Source: Terriglobia bacterium (GTDB lineage: Bacteria > Acidobacteriota > Terriglobia > 20CM-2-55-15). Taken from it: DNA of 64,000 bases. Below are positions 31,030 to 41,785 of this stretch, piece after piece. The stretch spans positions 96,001 to 160,000 of the forward strand of contig CBDCLE010000026.1 in NCBI GenBank assembly GCA_965218585.1, written 5' to 3'. The translations under genes were made by a program, and so were the position numbers. Positions within the stretch are counted from its first letter, which is position 1. Each line of letters opens with the position of its first letter. The notes under the pieces are model-generated. The model worked only from the letters and a program-made list of their open reading frames with translations. It had not been told where the DNA came from and did not search any database.

Positions 31030-32592
31030 CTACCCGCGGGTGGGAAGGACGATGACGCGGCGCCAGGGCATTTCCCCACGGCTGTATGATCCCAACCCCA
31101 TTTCCTCAACGAGCATGTGTTGGAGGCGTCGGATCGGTGAAGCCTGCGGGGTCAACTCCACGGGCTTGCCATAGTTGAGCACGCGGTCGACACCTTCACG
31201 AGCTTCCCGGAGAGCTTCCTCTTCGGCGCCACCCTGCTGTTCCAACCCGAAAGCGTCAGCCAGATAGGTCTTGATCTGGCTCAGAGTGTTGCTGCGAAGA
31301 ACGGCGACTTCCAGTCCACGTTCTTCCAATTCGAGCAATGTGCGAGGTTGCCTCTTTTCATGGGCCTTCAATGTCAACACGAGATTGGCATCTTTGGGAG
31401 TTTTCGAAATGGTTGCCGCGACTCCAAGCTCGCCGATGACTCTGGAGATCTTGTCCTTGCTGACGCCATAGGGGAATATTCGAAGCGTCTTTCCGCGCGC
31501 TTTCGATTCGACTGTATTCCGAACTCTGGAACCGGGCTGGGGAGAAGTGTTCGCCGATAACTCATCCAGGGCATTCGCGTCTTCCACGATGTCGTATCCG
31601 TCCTGGCCACGCAGACGCACTTCGGGACGAATCGTTCGGCCTCTGAGAAACTCATCCACCACCCGAGCGGTCTCGTGGTACACGGAGAATCGGTCTCGTG
31701 TTCGAATTTCAACCAGCGTGTCGAACGTGGGCGGTGCTTTGCGTTCGAGGACCGTCTTCTGCGTACGCCGACGGCGCGCTTCTTCGTCGCCGAGAGTCAC
31801 GGCGTGAATCCCACCTAAAAGGTCCGACAGGGTCGGATTCATCAGAAGGTTGTCCAGTGAATTTCCATGGGCCGTGGCGATCAACTGAACGCCTCTCTCC
31901 GCGATGGTCCGTGATGCCATCGCTTCGGCCTCAGTTCCGATTTCATCGATGACGATGACCTCAGGCATGTGATTCTCGACTGCCTCGATCATCACCGCAT
32001 GCTGCAACTCGGGCCGCGGAACCTGCATGCGTCGCGCGTTACCGATGCCTGGGTGTGGGATGTCACCGTCGCCGGCGATCTCGTTAGAGGTATCTACAAC
32101 GATGACGCGTTTTTCGAGTTCGGTGGAGAGTACGCGGGCGCTTTCGCGCAAAAGCGTCGTCTTGCCGATTCCTGGACGTCCCAGCAACAACAGGCTCTTG
32201 CCGGACTCGATGACATCACGCAATATGTCGACCGTACCAAATACAGCCCGACCCACACGACACGTCAAACCCACAACGTCGTTGCGCCGGTTTCGAATCG
32301 CCGAAATCCTATGCAGCGTGCGTTCGATCCCTGCCCGGTTATCCCCTGTAAAGGAACCCACCCGATCCACGACATGATCGAGTTCGTCCTTTCTTACCGC
32401 TTCTTCCCTCAGATAGACGGACCGATCGGGAAAACGGGCTTCGGGGCGACGGCCCAGATCCAGGAGAATCTCGATCAGATCATCGACTCTTTTCTCCTGA
32501 TCCAGGGCTGCTCGTATATCGCCAGGAAGGGCCAGGAGCAGCAGTTCCAGATCGTCGGTGATTTCCCTGCTCGGCACGATTCCCTCCCCCAC
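31030..32592 (-). CDS. SpoIIIAA/Ycf45-like AAA ATPase with C-terminal R3H domain
   Basis: GRPGIGKTT, VDTSNEIAGDG, AVENHMPEVIVIDEIG, RRLQH. Confidence 0.92.
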   Translation of the reverse strand: MGEGIVPSREITDDLELLLLALPGDIRAALDQEKRVDDLIEILLDLGRRPEARFPDRSVYLREEAVRKDELDHVVDRVGSFTGDNRAGIERTLHRISAIRNRRNDVVGLTCRVGRAVFGTVDILRDVIESGKSLLLLGRPGIGKTTLLRESARVLSTELEKRVIVVDTSNEIAGDGDIPHPGIGNARRMQVPRPELQHAVMIEAVENHMPEVIVIDEIGTEAEAMASRTIAERGVQLIATAHGNSLDNLLMNPTLSDLLGGIHAVTLGDEEARRRRTQKTVLERKAPPTFDTLVEIRTRDRFSVYHETARVVDEFLRGRTIRPEVRLRGQDGYDIVEDANALDELSANTSPQPGSRVRNTVESKARGKTLRIFPYGVSKDKISRVIGELGVAATISKTPKDANLVLTLKAHEKRQPRTLLELEERGLEVAVLRSNTLSQIKTYLADAFGLEQQGGAEEEALREAREGVDRVLNYGKPVELTPQASPIRRLQHMLVEEMGLGSYSRGEMPWRRVIVLPTRG

Positions 32593-32651
32593 TGTAGGTG
32601 CGGTCTATGACCGCACTTTCTTGATTGTGCGCTCCGAGAGCGCACCTACAG
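32592..32651. repeat. GTAG-type REP doublet (inverted)
   Basis: ctGTAGgtgcggtc-tat-gaccgcac and inverted gtgcgctc-cga-gagcgcacCTACag. Confidence 0.85.
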
Positions 32652-32727
32652 CATCAGATCGAACTCCATCTTGAATAAACTTACCTCTGATATAGTAAGA
32701 AACAGGAGGAGTGAATAAAAGCGGGCA

Positions 32728-33132
32728 ATGGCAACACTTCGACGATTAAACGAATTACCTACCGGAAGCGGGTCTCATGAGGAGAGGCAAGAGACACGCT
32801 CCCGACTCCGGAGTGTCGAAGATTGGTCTGGGATACTGGAATCATCGGCAACAGAACCGATTCTCGTATTCAAGCACAGCACTACCTGTAGTATCAGCTC
32901 CCAGGTGCTAGTCGACGTTAACGAATTTCTCTCGAAAAACCGGGAAGTACGGTTCGGCATCGTGCACGTCATAGAGGACCGAAGCCTGTCAGATGCGATT
33001 GCGGATCATACAGGCATACGCCACGAATCACCCCAAATGATAGCCATCAGGAACAAACGCCCGATCTGGCACGCCTCCCACTGGTCAATCGACTTCGCCG
33101 AACTCGAAAGACTCTTGCCGACAGTGGAGTAG
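32728..33132 (+). CDS. ytxJ: YtxJ/BrxC family monothiol bacilliredoxin-like protein
   Basis: FKHSTTCSIS, IRHESPQ, WHASHWSI. Confidence 0.9.
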   Translation: MATLRRLNELPTGSGSHEERQETRSRLRSVEDWSGILESSATEPILVFKHSTTCSISSQVLVDVNEFLSKNREVRFGIVHVIEDRSLSDAIADHTGIRHESPQMIAIRNKRPIWHASHWSIDFAELERLLPTVE

Positions 33133-33220
33133 GGTACTCCGCTATCCAGTCATGGATCACCGGTAGCAGAAGCCGGATACTGTAGAACCTTAGTGTAGTG
33201 ACTCTGGGAGGGTCCTGACA

Positions 33221-35251
33221 ATGGCCGCACCCCAATTTACGAACCACCTCGCCACAGAAACCAGTCCGTACTTGCTGCAGCATGCCCACAATCCTGTGGA
33301 TTGGTTCCCATGGGGCGACAAAGCGCTGGAAAAGGCGAAACAGGAAGACAGACCAATCCTCCTCAGCATCGGTTATTCCGCATGCCACTGGTGTCATGTG
33401 ATGGAACACGAATCGTTTGAGGACACCTCAATAGCCGAGCAGATGAATGACAACTTCATCAATATCAAGGTGGATCGTGAGGAGCGACCCGATCTGGATC
33501 AGATCTACATGAGCGCTGTGCAGTTGATGACGGGCAGCGGCGGGTGGCCGCTCACCGTGTTCCTGACACCGGATGCCAAACCCTTTTACGGTGGCACCTA
33601 TTTCCCTCCTGACGACCGCTACAACAGACCAGGATTCCGGAGGGTCCTGGCCACGATTTCCCAGGCTTACCAGGAGCGCCGTTCTGACGTCATCAAGAAT
33701 GCACAGACACTGATTGAGCAGATCAACGCCCAATCGACCCGAGCCGACGCGGACTCTCAGATTGGTGTGGATCTCATGGAGCAGGCACAGAACGGAATCG
33801 CTTCACAGTTTGACACCAGCCATGGGGGGTTTGGTTCCGCACCGAAGTTCCCGCCGAGCATGACAATCGATTTTCTTCTGCGTCATCATCACAGAACGGG
33901 CAGCGAACTGTCTCTTCAGATCTCAAACCTGACGCTCCACAAGATGGCTTTTGGTGGGCTTTACGACCATCTGGGCGGCGGATTCCACAGATACTCTACA
34001 GACGAAAAATGGCTGGTCCCTCACTTCGAAAAAATGCTCTATGACAATGCCCTCCTGGGTCGCGCCTACGTCGATGGGTTTAAAGTGACCGGCCTGCCTC
34101 TGTACCAGAGAATCGTCGAAGAAACTCTCGACTTCGTTGGACGAGAGATGCGGGACGGTGGGGGCGGCTTCTACTCGACACTCGACGCCGACAGTGAGGG
34201 CGTTGAAGGAAAGTTCTATGTCTGGAGCCGGGATGAGTTTGATGACGTCGTCGGGCCCGATCGAGACATTCTTGCCCGATATCTCGATGTCACCCAACAG
34301 GGCAACTTCGAAGGCCACAATATTCTGAACGTTCCAGAATTCCCTGACGCCTTCAGTCAAAGCGAAGGCGTGTCTTCAGAACAGTTGGCCGAATGGATGA
34401 AGGACGCGCGCCAGCGCTTGATGGAACGTCGTGAAACACGCGTACGCCCGGCCCGGGATGAGAAGATTCTGACCGACTGGAATGGTCTAATGCTTCGGAC
34501 GTACGCAGATGCGGCAGCGTGTTTGGGCCGTGCCGACTACCGACAGATCGCGGAATCCAACGCGGAATTCCTGCTTTCCGTAATGTGGGATGGGCGACGA
34601 CTTCTTCATGCGTTCAAGGATGGGAAAGCTCGATTCAATGCTTACCTTGATGACTACGCCAATTTGGCGGATGGCCTCCTTGGTCTATATGAACTAACCT
34701 TTGAAGAACGCTGGCTTCAGGCTTCGATTCAGCTCACCGAACACATGGTCGAAAACTTCTGGGACGAAGAGAACGGCGCGCTCTTCTTTACCGGCAGCAG
34801 CCATGAAACATTGGTGGCCCGAACAAAAGAATACTTCGACAACGCCACTCCTTCGGGAAACTCGATGGCTGCGGGTCTGCTGGCACGTCTTGGAAAGCTT
34901 CTGGATCGTAACGATTTCACGGACAAGTCGGAACGTATCTGCAGAAGCGTCGGCGAGTACATTCGGCGGTTTCCATCCGGCTTCGGAAAGATGCTTGCTG
35001 CAGTCGATTTCCTGACTGGCCCCTCACAGGAGATCGCTATTGTCGGACAACCCGATCCCTTCCTGCCCGCTCTAGGAAGGTGCTATCTGCCTCGAACCGT
35101 CATTGCCGGGGGTGAGACCGAGAATGTTTGGCTCCTGGAGAACAGGAGTACGCTTGACGGAAAACCGACAGCGTACGTGTGCGAAAATTACGTGTGCAAC
35201 CAACCGACGACCGACGCCGTAGTCTTTGAAGGACTCTTGCAAAAGTCATGA
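33221..35251 (+). CDS. thioredoxin domain protein, YyaL/DUF255 family
   Basis: [31 protein letters not shown]. Confidence 0.95.
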   Translation: MAAPQFTNHLATETSPYLLQHAHNPVDWFPWGDKALEKAKQEDRPILLSIGYSACHWCHVMEHESFEDTSIAEQMNDNFINIKVDREERPDLDQIYMSAVQLMTGSGGWPLTVFLTPDAKPFYGGTYFPPDDRYNRPGFRRVLATISQAYQERRSDVIKNAQTLIEQINAQSTRADADSQIGVDLMEQAQNGIASQFDTSHGGFGSAPKFPPSMTIDFLLRHHHRTGSELSLQISNLTLHKMAFGGLYDHLGGGFHRYSTDEKWLVPHFEKMLYDNALLGRAYVDGFKVTGLPLYQRIVEETLDFVGREMRDGGGGFYSTLDADSEGVEGKFYVWSRDEFDDVVGPDRDILARYLDVTQQGNFEGHNILNVPEFPDAFSQSEGVSSEQLAEWMKDARQRLMERRETRVRPARDEKILTDWNGLMLRTYADAAACLGRADYRQIAESNAEFLLSVMWDGRRLLHAFKDGKARFNAYLDDYANLADGLLGLYELTFEERWLQASIQLTEHMVENFWDEENGALFFTGSSHETLVARTKEYFDNATPSGNSMAAGLLARLGKLLDRNDFTDKSERICRSVGEYIRRFPSGFGKMLAAVDFLTGPSQEIAIVGQPDPFLPALGRCYLPRTVIAGGETENVWLLENRSTLDGKPTAYVCENYVCNQPTTDAVVFEGLLQKS

Positions 35252-35547
35252 CTTGGAACGCTTTTCTGGACCACATGCGACCCAGTGGCTTGAATCCCCA
35301 CGAAGAGGAATTCATGGACGACTACGGGTTGCTGGCGACACGTAAATATCCCAGGCTTCAAGGTCGCTATTTCAGATGTATGTTCGCGGTGACCCGAATC
35401 GAAGAATTTAGTTTCGAAACTTATGTCTTCCCTTCTCCGACAGACGCGAATGCTTTCGAGGAATTGATGGAGCGGGATAACGGATGGCAAAGGCGCGAGA
35501 ATCTGGTCTTCCATACCGATCCCGAAGACATGATTCCCCTCACTTGA
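35248..35547 (+). CDS. hypothetical protein
   Basis: ATGA overlap with the upstream gene; plausible composition. Confidence 0.6.
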   Translation: MTWNAFLDHMRPSGLNPHEEEFMDDYGLLATRKYPRLQGRYFRCMFAVTRIEEFSFETYVFPSPTDANAFEELMERDNGWQRRENLVFHTDPEDMIPLT

Positions 35548-35575
35548 GAACACGATTGGATGTCTTGACAGGTCT

Positions 35576-36799
35576 CTACTCGGCAAGTTCGATACGGTTC
35601 GCAGCCACTCTTCCCAGATTTCCAAGTCCGGATTGAAGGGCCACGATTGAGCGCAGGTACTCGTTCCTGAGCTCTTCGGCAATCGGTTTGGGCGGATCTG
35701 CCCGTACAGTCCTCGGATCGATGACCCGGCTATTAACCGTCATTCGATAATCGAGATGCGGGCCCGTGGCGGTGCCGGTCATGCCGACGCGTCCGATCGT
35801 TTCTTTCTGCACGACACGCTGTCCGACGTTGACTGCAATCGAAGACAAATGGGCGTATGAAGTGGTCATCCCATTGGGATGACGCAGGGTAACCATTCGA
35901 CCGAAACCGCCGTTCGTACCGGCAAAGGTTACGGTTCCGGTCGACACGGCCCAGACTGGAGTCCCTGTGGGGGCCGCGTAGTCGACTCCTAGATGCGGTC
36001 GGACCGTGTTGTAAATCGGATGGAGCCTGTTGTAGCTGAATCCCGAACTAATGCGGGTAAACTGCAGTGGCGAGGGAAGCAGGGAGCGCCTGGCGCTCAT
36101 GCCGTTTTCGTCGTAGTATTCGTCCTGGAAACGATATGCCTGCAAGGGTTTCCCTCTATTCACAAACTCAGCGGCAAGCACGGAACCGTATTTCACGAAT
36201 TCATCATCGTGATACTTCCCTTCTACAATCAAGCGAATCGCATCACCAGATCTGAGGTCCTTATAGAAGTCGACCTGTGCTTCGAAGACGCTGGCGAGTT
36301 CCATCACCAACCAGTCTCCTTTTGGGAAACCTTCCAATGCTCCCCATAGAGAACTGGCCACCGAAGCGGAAATCGTGTCTGTCCGGATTTCGAGAGGTAA
36401 GGCCTCGACTCTTGCCGAAAACCCCTCGTCATTGCGGGCGACTTTGAGCACTCGCTCGTCATCGATGGAATACTCGAAGGTGAGGAGGTCGCCATCCGGC
36501 TCCAGCAGGAGTCGGTACGTGCGTCCGGGCCTGAAACTTCGAACGTTGAAGACGGGACCTACCGCCTCACCAATAGCGTAGGCGACGGAGTGTGAGATGT
36601 CGTGTCCGACCAGAGTGGTCGAAAGAGTCTCGGTGCGCTCGAAAGTCCCCTCGACAAACACGGGTGGCGGTGGAAGTTCCTCTACGAGCGAAGCTGCCTC
36701 AGCCTGAAGGTCGATTTCAAAGTTGCGGGGAACCGCCACAAAGATCACCGCACACAGCAGGACCCACATACAGGCCGGATGACACTTATAAACTCCCAT
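35576..36799 (-). CDS. M23 family peptidoglycan endopeptidase (MepM-like)
   Basis: HLGVDYAAP, YAHLS, TGPHLDY. Confidence 0.93.
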   Translation of the reverse strand: MGVYKCHPACMWVLLCAVIFVAVPRNFEIDLQAEAASLVEELPPPPVFVEGTFERTETLSTTLVGHDISHSVAYAIGEAVGPVFNVRSFRPGRTYRLLLEPDGDLLTFEYSIDDERVLKVARNDEGFSARVEALPLEIRTDTISASVASSLWGALEGFPKGDWLVMELASVFEAQVDFYKDLRSGDAIRLIVEGKYHDDEFVKYGSVLAAEFVNRGKPLQAYRFQDEYYDENGMSARRSLLPSPLQFTRISSGFSYNRLHPIYNTVRPHLGVDYAAPTGTPVWAVSTGTVTFAGTNGGFGRMVTLRHPNGMTTSYAHLSSIAVNVGQRVVQKETIGRVGMTGTATGPHLDYRMTVNSRVIDPRTVRADPPKPIAEELRNEYLRSIVALQSGLGNLGRVAANRIELAE

Positions 36800-36935
36800 T
36801 CGATCTCCGTAATCAAAAAGAGCCTGATTCCGGAGCCCTAAGGCTCCATCTCTTCAGGCGCTTAGGTCGTCGGGAAAGACAACTGCGCATATTTTACACC
36901 TTACAGCATGTCTGTAAACACTTAGAAATCAACTA

Positions 36936-37719
36936 GGGCGTGTTAACACTAATGAGCATGAATGTTTTATAATCAGGCATGGAGATCACACAGGAGCAGT
37001 ATTGTCGCATCGAGCCGGAACTGCCGCGTCAGCGGGGCAACGTCAGTCTTTCGAACCTGACGGTCTTGAACGCCATTTTGTATGTGGCTGAGCAGGGCTG
37101 CAAGTGGCGCGGTCTGCCCAAGCGCTTTGGCAACTGGCACACCATCTACACCCGGATGAACCGCTGGTCCAAGAACGGGGTGCTCGACGCCGTCTTCGAA
37201 AAACTCCAGCGCGAGCAACTGGTGCGCATCCGGGTGGAAGCCGTTTCGATGGACTCGACCATTGTGAAGGTGCATCCCGACGGCACGGGAGCGTTAAAAA
37301 AAACGGTCCGCAAGCGATCGGCAAATCCCGCGGTGGATGGACCACCAAGATTCATCTGGTTGCCGCGAATGCTCGAACGGCGATAACGTTTGCGCTCTCG
37401 CCCGGCCAAGCGCACGACGCCCCGCAGGGCCGCGATCTGCTGCCGCTGCTGATGGACCGTGCCTACCAGGACGACCAGACCCGCCAATTGGCTCTGGATT
37501 TTGGGTGGATTCCCGTCGTGCCGCCCAAGCGCAACCGCCTGGAGCCGTGGGAATACGACCGCGTGCTCTACCGCCGCAGGAACGAAGTCGAGAGGCTCTT
37601 CCGCCGACTCAAGGGTTTTCGGCGTATCTTCTCCCGTTTCGATAAACTCGACGTCATGTTCCTCGCCTTCCTTCACTTCGCACTCATCGTCGAGGCACTA
37701 CGTTAGTGTTAACACGCTC
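36936..37719 (+). mobile_element. IS5 family insertion sequence (IS427-like)
   Basis: 16-bp IRs gggcgtgttaacacta / tagtgttaacacgctc (15 of 16 match), TA on both flanks. Confidence 0.93.
36979..37706 (+). CDS. IS5 family transposase, two ORFs joined by a -1 frameshift at the A8 run 37296-37303
   Basis: GCKWRGLP..FGNWHTIY, MDST, GKSRGGWTTKIH, MDRAY, YRRRNEVERLF. Confidence 0.9.
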
Positions 37720-37914
37720 TAACATCTGTGTATCCAAAGCGTCAAACACGGTACAGATCACGTTTTCCTCGTTATAGACGCCTGCGAATTACCCGAAATC
37801 GAATCCGAGGAAGTCCTCGGGACGGCGACCTACGCTTCGAGAGAACCGTCTTTTTGCTTGCAATTGGACCACTGAGAGTTATTCAATTTACGTAGCGCGA
37901 AGGAGAAGACTCAC

Positions 37915-38226
37915 TTGATGAAGCTTGTTGTTACGATCCTGATACTCGCTGTAGCGTTCGGATCGGTCTGGGTTCCCGCTATCCTTGGCCAAAATGAGGA
38001 ACCCGCGGAGGAAGAACAGGCTGAACAAGCCGAGAGCGAGCAGGTCACCGAACGAGAGAGAGATCCCGTCTGCAACATCGTCGTTCAGCGAAACCCGGAA
38101 TTATCGGCCGAGTACCGGGGAAAGACCTATTACTTCTGCATGAAGGCCGACATGGAAGCCTTCAAGAAAGACCCAGAGAAGTACCTTCAGGGCGAAGACC
38201 ACTCCCATCCAGATCTCGACAGTTAA
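37915..38226 (+). CDS. exported YHS domain protein
   Basis: Signal peptide, RDPVC, YRGKTYYFC, FKKDPEKY; AAGGAG RBS. Confidence 0.9.
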   Translation: MMKLVVTILILAVAFGSVWVPAILGQNEEPAEEEQAEQAESEQVTERERDPVCNIVVQRNPELSAEYRGKTYYFCMKADMEAFKKDPEKYLQGEDHSHPDLDS

Positions 38227-38277
38227 CCTTCCTCTTTCACTAAGCCGGAACGCTTGCTTCGGGACCTGTCATTGCGC

Positions 38278-39525
38278 CTATCGTCCCGGATGCATCCCTA
38301 TCGACGTTCCCGGATAGTAGTGTCTAAGAATTTCTTCAGAGGAAGACCCTCCAAGAGCCATCACAGCTGCCCCAATCTGGCACAAGCCGACACCATGGCC
38401 CCATCCTGCACCGATCAGAGTCGATCCCGTTGGCCCCTGTTCTGCAAGGAAGGCGGAACTGTAAAGATGGGAGGCTGACAACACTCGACGGATCTCGAGT
38501 TCTTTTCCGATATTCAACGTGCCGGCTCTGCCTTTGATCCTGAGTTTGACTATTCTTCCTGACGCACCCCTTTCGAGAGGTATCAATTCGAGGTCATCGC
38601 CAAGGTCGATTCCGGTGCGCGTGTGCACCAGTTCGGCCAGTTCTCTTGAGGAATAATCGACTCGCCAACGATAAAACTCACTGGTTTCCTGATCGAATCC
38701 GGGGAGTACTTCCGAAAGTAAGTCCGGATCCCTGGTGTTGCAGTAAGCGTCTGGACGACGGCGAGTCCAGTCGGCGTCGACTTCCATTCCGGACACTCTT
38801 TCCGCCGGTCCGTCGTAAACAGAAGCAAGGTACGGCACGTGACGGTCTTCCCAGGCCGAACGGTAGTCCTCGGTGACACCCCCGCAACACTTCGAAAAAC
38901 GGGCGTCACATACATCTCCATCGAACAACAAAACCTGGTTCCCTGTTTCGTGAACAGCCTGGCCGGCGCCTTCCGCACCTGTCACTCCAATCCCTTGATA
39001 GCGTTGACAGTGGTCGTCTCCGCAGACGTCAAACCCATCGTGTGACTCCCTGCCGTACCAGCAGAGGATCTCCCATTCGTTTGGACCCGTCTGTTGTTCG
39101 GACCTGAAAGCCTGGCCAAGATCAGGATTTCGAATCTGAGATACGAGCCAACTTCTGGAAATGACCGCATGCGCCTTCAGTAATTCCGGCGGACTGTTCG
39201 CACTCATTTCAGAGACGATGACGCTCTCGGTATAGGCCTCCAGCCCCACATCGTTGATAATCGTCAAACCACCGGCGGCTTTCTCGATCCGCAAACCTCC
39301 CCTGAAACCTTGTCTCTGCTCCCTCTGCCAATGAAACCCGACTCCGATAGTAATGTCTTCGACAGTGAAGGATTCGGTTTCCGGATTCAACGGGTCCAAC
39401 GCAATAGGACTATTGAATTCGTACTCTCCTGATTCGTACGTTTGACCGGAAGGGGTTCGAAACACGCCGCGGAGTGCAACACGAAACCGAGATCGTCCTT
39501 GGGCAAGGCCAACTGCCAACTTCAC
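38278..39525 (-). CDS. SpoIID/LytB domain lytic transglycosylase-like protein
   Basis: VIVSEM..ELLKAHAVISRS, DDHCQRYQG, GWGHGVGLCQIGA, ILRHYYPG. Confidence 0.92.
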   Translation of the reverse strand: MKLAVGLAQGRSRFRVALRGVFRTPSGQTYESGEYEFNSPIALDPLNPETESFTVEDITIGVGFHWQREQRQGFRGGLRIEKAAGGLTIINDVGLEAYTESVIVSEMSANSPPELLKAHAVISRSWLVSQIRNPDLGQAFRSEQQTGPNEWEILCWYGRESHDGFDVCGDDHCQRYQGIGVTGAEGAGQAVHETGNQVLLFDGDVCDARFSKCCGGVTEDYRSAWEDRHVPYLASVYDGPAERVSGMEVDADWTRRRPDAYCNTRDPDLLSEVLPGFDQETSEFYRWRVDYSSRELAELVHTRTGIDLGDDLELIPLERGASGRIVKLRIKGRAGTLNIGKELEIRRVLSASHLYSSAFLAEQGPTGSTLIGAGWGHGVGLCQIGAAVMALGGSSSEEILRHYYPGTSIGMHPGR

Positions 39526-40457
39526 GACAGCCTCAATGTGCGAGCTATTTTCTCCACCGTTCGTACGTCCAGCCCCACCTCTCCGAAAACCTGCTGAATA
39601 TCGGCGGCCGTGATCTTATCGAGGTCTGATTCGACGGGCAGTACAACGACTCCACACAGGTCGATCGCCCCGGGAGTCCAGGTCAATTCGCCCGTATGAA
39701 ATACGTCCGGTCGATGTTTGGATCGGGGAAACACAACCACTGACCATGCCCCGTCTCGATGGAAAGCTACGAGATTGACCATGGGTTCGATGCGGCCTTC
39801 GTTGTGCTCTTCGAGCGCAACCAGCAACTCTGAAAACTGCCCACTCAATCGCTCCGGGTTCGGATCGCTCAGAACAAGAACGCTACGGGGGTAGTCTGGG
39901 ATCAGGCCTCCCGACGTGTGATCGAGATCTTTAAGCAGCGGCAGGTCGCCCGAAAGGCAGGCTTGAAAATGCATGTGGTCCGGGGCGGAGGCCCCACATT
40001 CCGGTCCGTTGTACAGGACCATATATCCGGGCAACCGGCCGGCGAGTTCGAGCATCACTGGAAAGTGACGTTCGATCCGCTGAGGCGTGTGTTCCCTCAA
40101 AACAATCGACACATGCTTATCAAGGATCGGAAACGGATTGCAGGCTATGATGAAGTCGGAATCAAAACCCACCGCCTTTTCCTCCCCGGGCAGGTTATCC
40201 GCACACAAGAAGCATGCCCTTTTCCGGATCGAATCCGGATCAACGCGTGCCGTCGTACTCTCAATTCTGTGAGGGATATGTCGGGCCAAGACCGGAAAGC
40301 CATCGACCAGGAACTCGCGGGACCGGGCCCTGGTCAAACCTTTTACGCCGTACTTTAGCTGGGGCCATTCCCTTGTCTGACGGTCAAAGAGGCGATCGAT
40401 CTCACCGACGACTGATACCGGCTCGAGCGGAGCCAGTGTTCGTTCATCCCAATTCAC
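39522..40457 (-). CDS. DUF4922 family HIT-like protein (GDP-hexose phosphorylase-like)
   Basis: CFLC, NPFPI, HTPQ, YNGPECGASAPDHMHFQ. Confidence 0.85.
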   Translation of the reverse strand: MNWDERTLAPLEPVSVVGEIDRLFDRQTREWPQLKYGVKGLTRARSREFLVDGFPVLARHIPHRIESTTARVDPDSIRKRACFLCADNLPGEEKAVGFDSDFIIACNPFPILDKHVSIVLREHTPQRIERHFPVMLELAGRLPGYMVLYNGPECGASAPDHMHFQACLSGDLPLLKDLDHTSGGLIPDYPRSVLVLSDPNPERLSGQFSELLVALEEHNEGRIEPMVNLVAFHRDGAWSVVVFPRSKHRPDVFHTGELTWTPGAIDLCGVVVLPVESDLDKITAADIQQVFGEVGLDVRTVEKIARTLRLS

Positions 40458-41785
40458 CCGACATCCTGCTTTCGGCCGGGCATTCCTTCACCGGCCTTTT
40501 CAATCCGGGCTTCGATTTCTACCGTTCGCAGCCAGTCTTTGTAACTACTTCGGATGTTTGACAGCTCCGGAGAGAGATCAGCATCCGTGTTCTCCTCCCA
40601 ACGGCGACACAGGTAGAGCGAATCGTAGATCCTGCCGATCTCGAATTCACGAGAAACACGGAGGCCCATCGCATAGTCTTCGCCATAGCTGACGTTGGGG
40701 AATCCGAATCTGCGAACAACGGAAACGTCATAGGCACGGGGGGCACCCAATCCATTAACGCGAAGCAAATTATTATGTCCGTTCTCTGGCGTCCATTCTT
40801 TGTGGGCCACCAAACCGGGAGCTATCTCGTTCAGTTTGAAATCCACGGTCGTGTAGGATCCGGCAAGCATCGCGTATTGACTCGACTCCATTTCTCTCAC
40901 AACTCGTGCCAGGACGTTCGCATCCAGAAACAGATCATCGGAATCGAGTTGAAGCGCGAAGCGCCCACATGCCGGGGAAAAGATGGCTTCGTTCCAACAT
41001 CCGCCGATACCAAGGTCGCGGCTCTGGGGAATCTTCCGGACCAATCGGGAATCACCCAAGGATTCAATCACGCTTCCGGTGCTGTCTGTCGAGTGGTTGT
41101 CTATAACGATGACGTTGAAAGGAAAGTCCGCTTCCTGACCGAGGGCACTCTTGAGAGCTTCTCCGATCGTCCCTTCGCGATTACGGACAGGAATCACGAT
41201 GCTGGCTTTCACCGGAAATACGTCGTCGGCTGGGATTGTCTGAGTTTTGCGCGGAGGCAGGAACGCGCCGATCCGCTTCAGATGGCTAGTCGCAACTAAC
41301 TCCATTTCGTCCTGGTAGCTTGCTCTTGAAGAATCCAGATAGTCAAACCCCCGCTCGCCAGTAGAACGCTTATCCGGATCCTCAGCAGCGTAAAGCGGTT
41401 CGGGAATGCGGACGATCGGATTGTCGATGGACAGTTTCAGGCGCAGGTCGTACATCGTTCCCCAGCTGAGTTTGGGGTCGAACTCACCGTGACGCTCCAG
41501 AGCTCGGCGCGCCCGGGGAACCGAAACGGCGATAAGGGGGCCGAATTCGAAGTCGTCGCGTAAGCTGCCGACCTGATAGTCAATCCTGGGTCGTTGGGCG
41601 GAGTCCGCATATGCGATTCCTCCGCCACGGGAGTTCAAGACTTCGGCCATTCTCTGCAGCGTAAAAGTCTGCAGCTCGATCTTGTATCGAGGATCACCAA
41701 AGAAAATGATGTCCTCAGCCGTGTCCGAGAAAATTCGGCGAAGGGGCTCCCCAGAGCCGTCCGGCAAGTAATTTACCGACGTCAT
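40454..41785 (-). CDS. glycosyltransferase family 2 protein
   Basis: SIVIPVRNRE, IDNHSTD, QLDSDD, YGEDY. Confidence 0.92.
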   Translation of the reverse strand: MTSVNYLPDGSGEPLRRIFSDTAEDIIFFGDPRYKIELQTFTLQRMAEVLNSRGGGIAYADSAQRPRIDYQVGSLRDDFEFGPLIAVSVPRARRALERHGEFDPKLSWGTMYDLRLKLSIDNPIVRIPEPLYAAEDPDKRSTGERGFDYLDSSRASYQDEMELVATSHLKRIGAFLPPRKTQTIPADDVFPVKASIVIPVRNREGTIGEALKSALGQEADFPFNVIVIDNHSTDSTGSVIESLGDSRLVRKIPQSRDLGIGGCWNEAIFSPACGRFALQLDSDDLFLDANVLARVVREMESSQYAMLAGSYTTVDFKLNEIAPGLVAHKEWTPENGHNNLLRVNGLGAPRAYDVSVVRRFGFPNVSYGEDYAMGLRVSREFEIGRIYDSLYLCRRWEENTDADLSPELSNIRSSYKDWLRTVEIEARIEKAGEGMPGRKQDVG

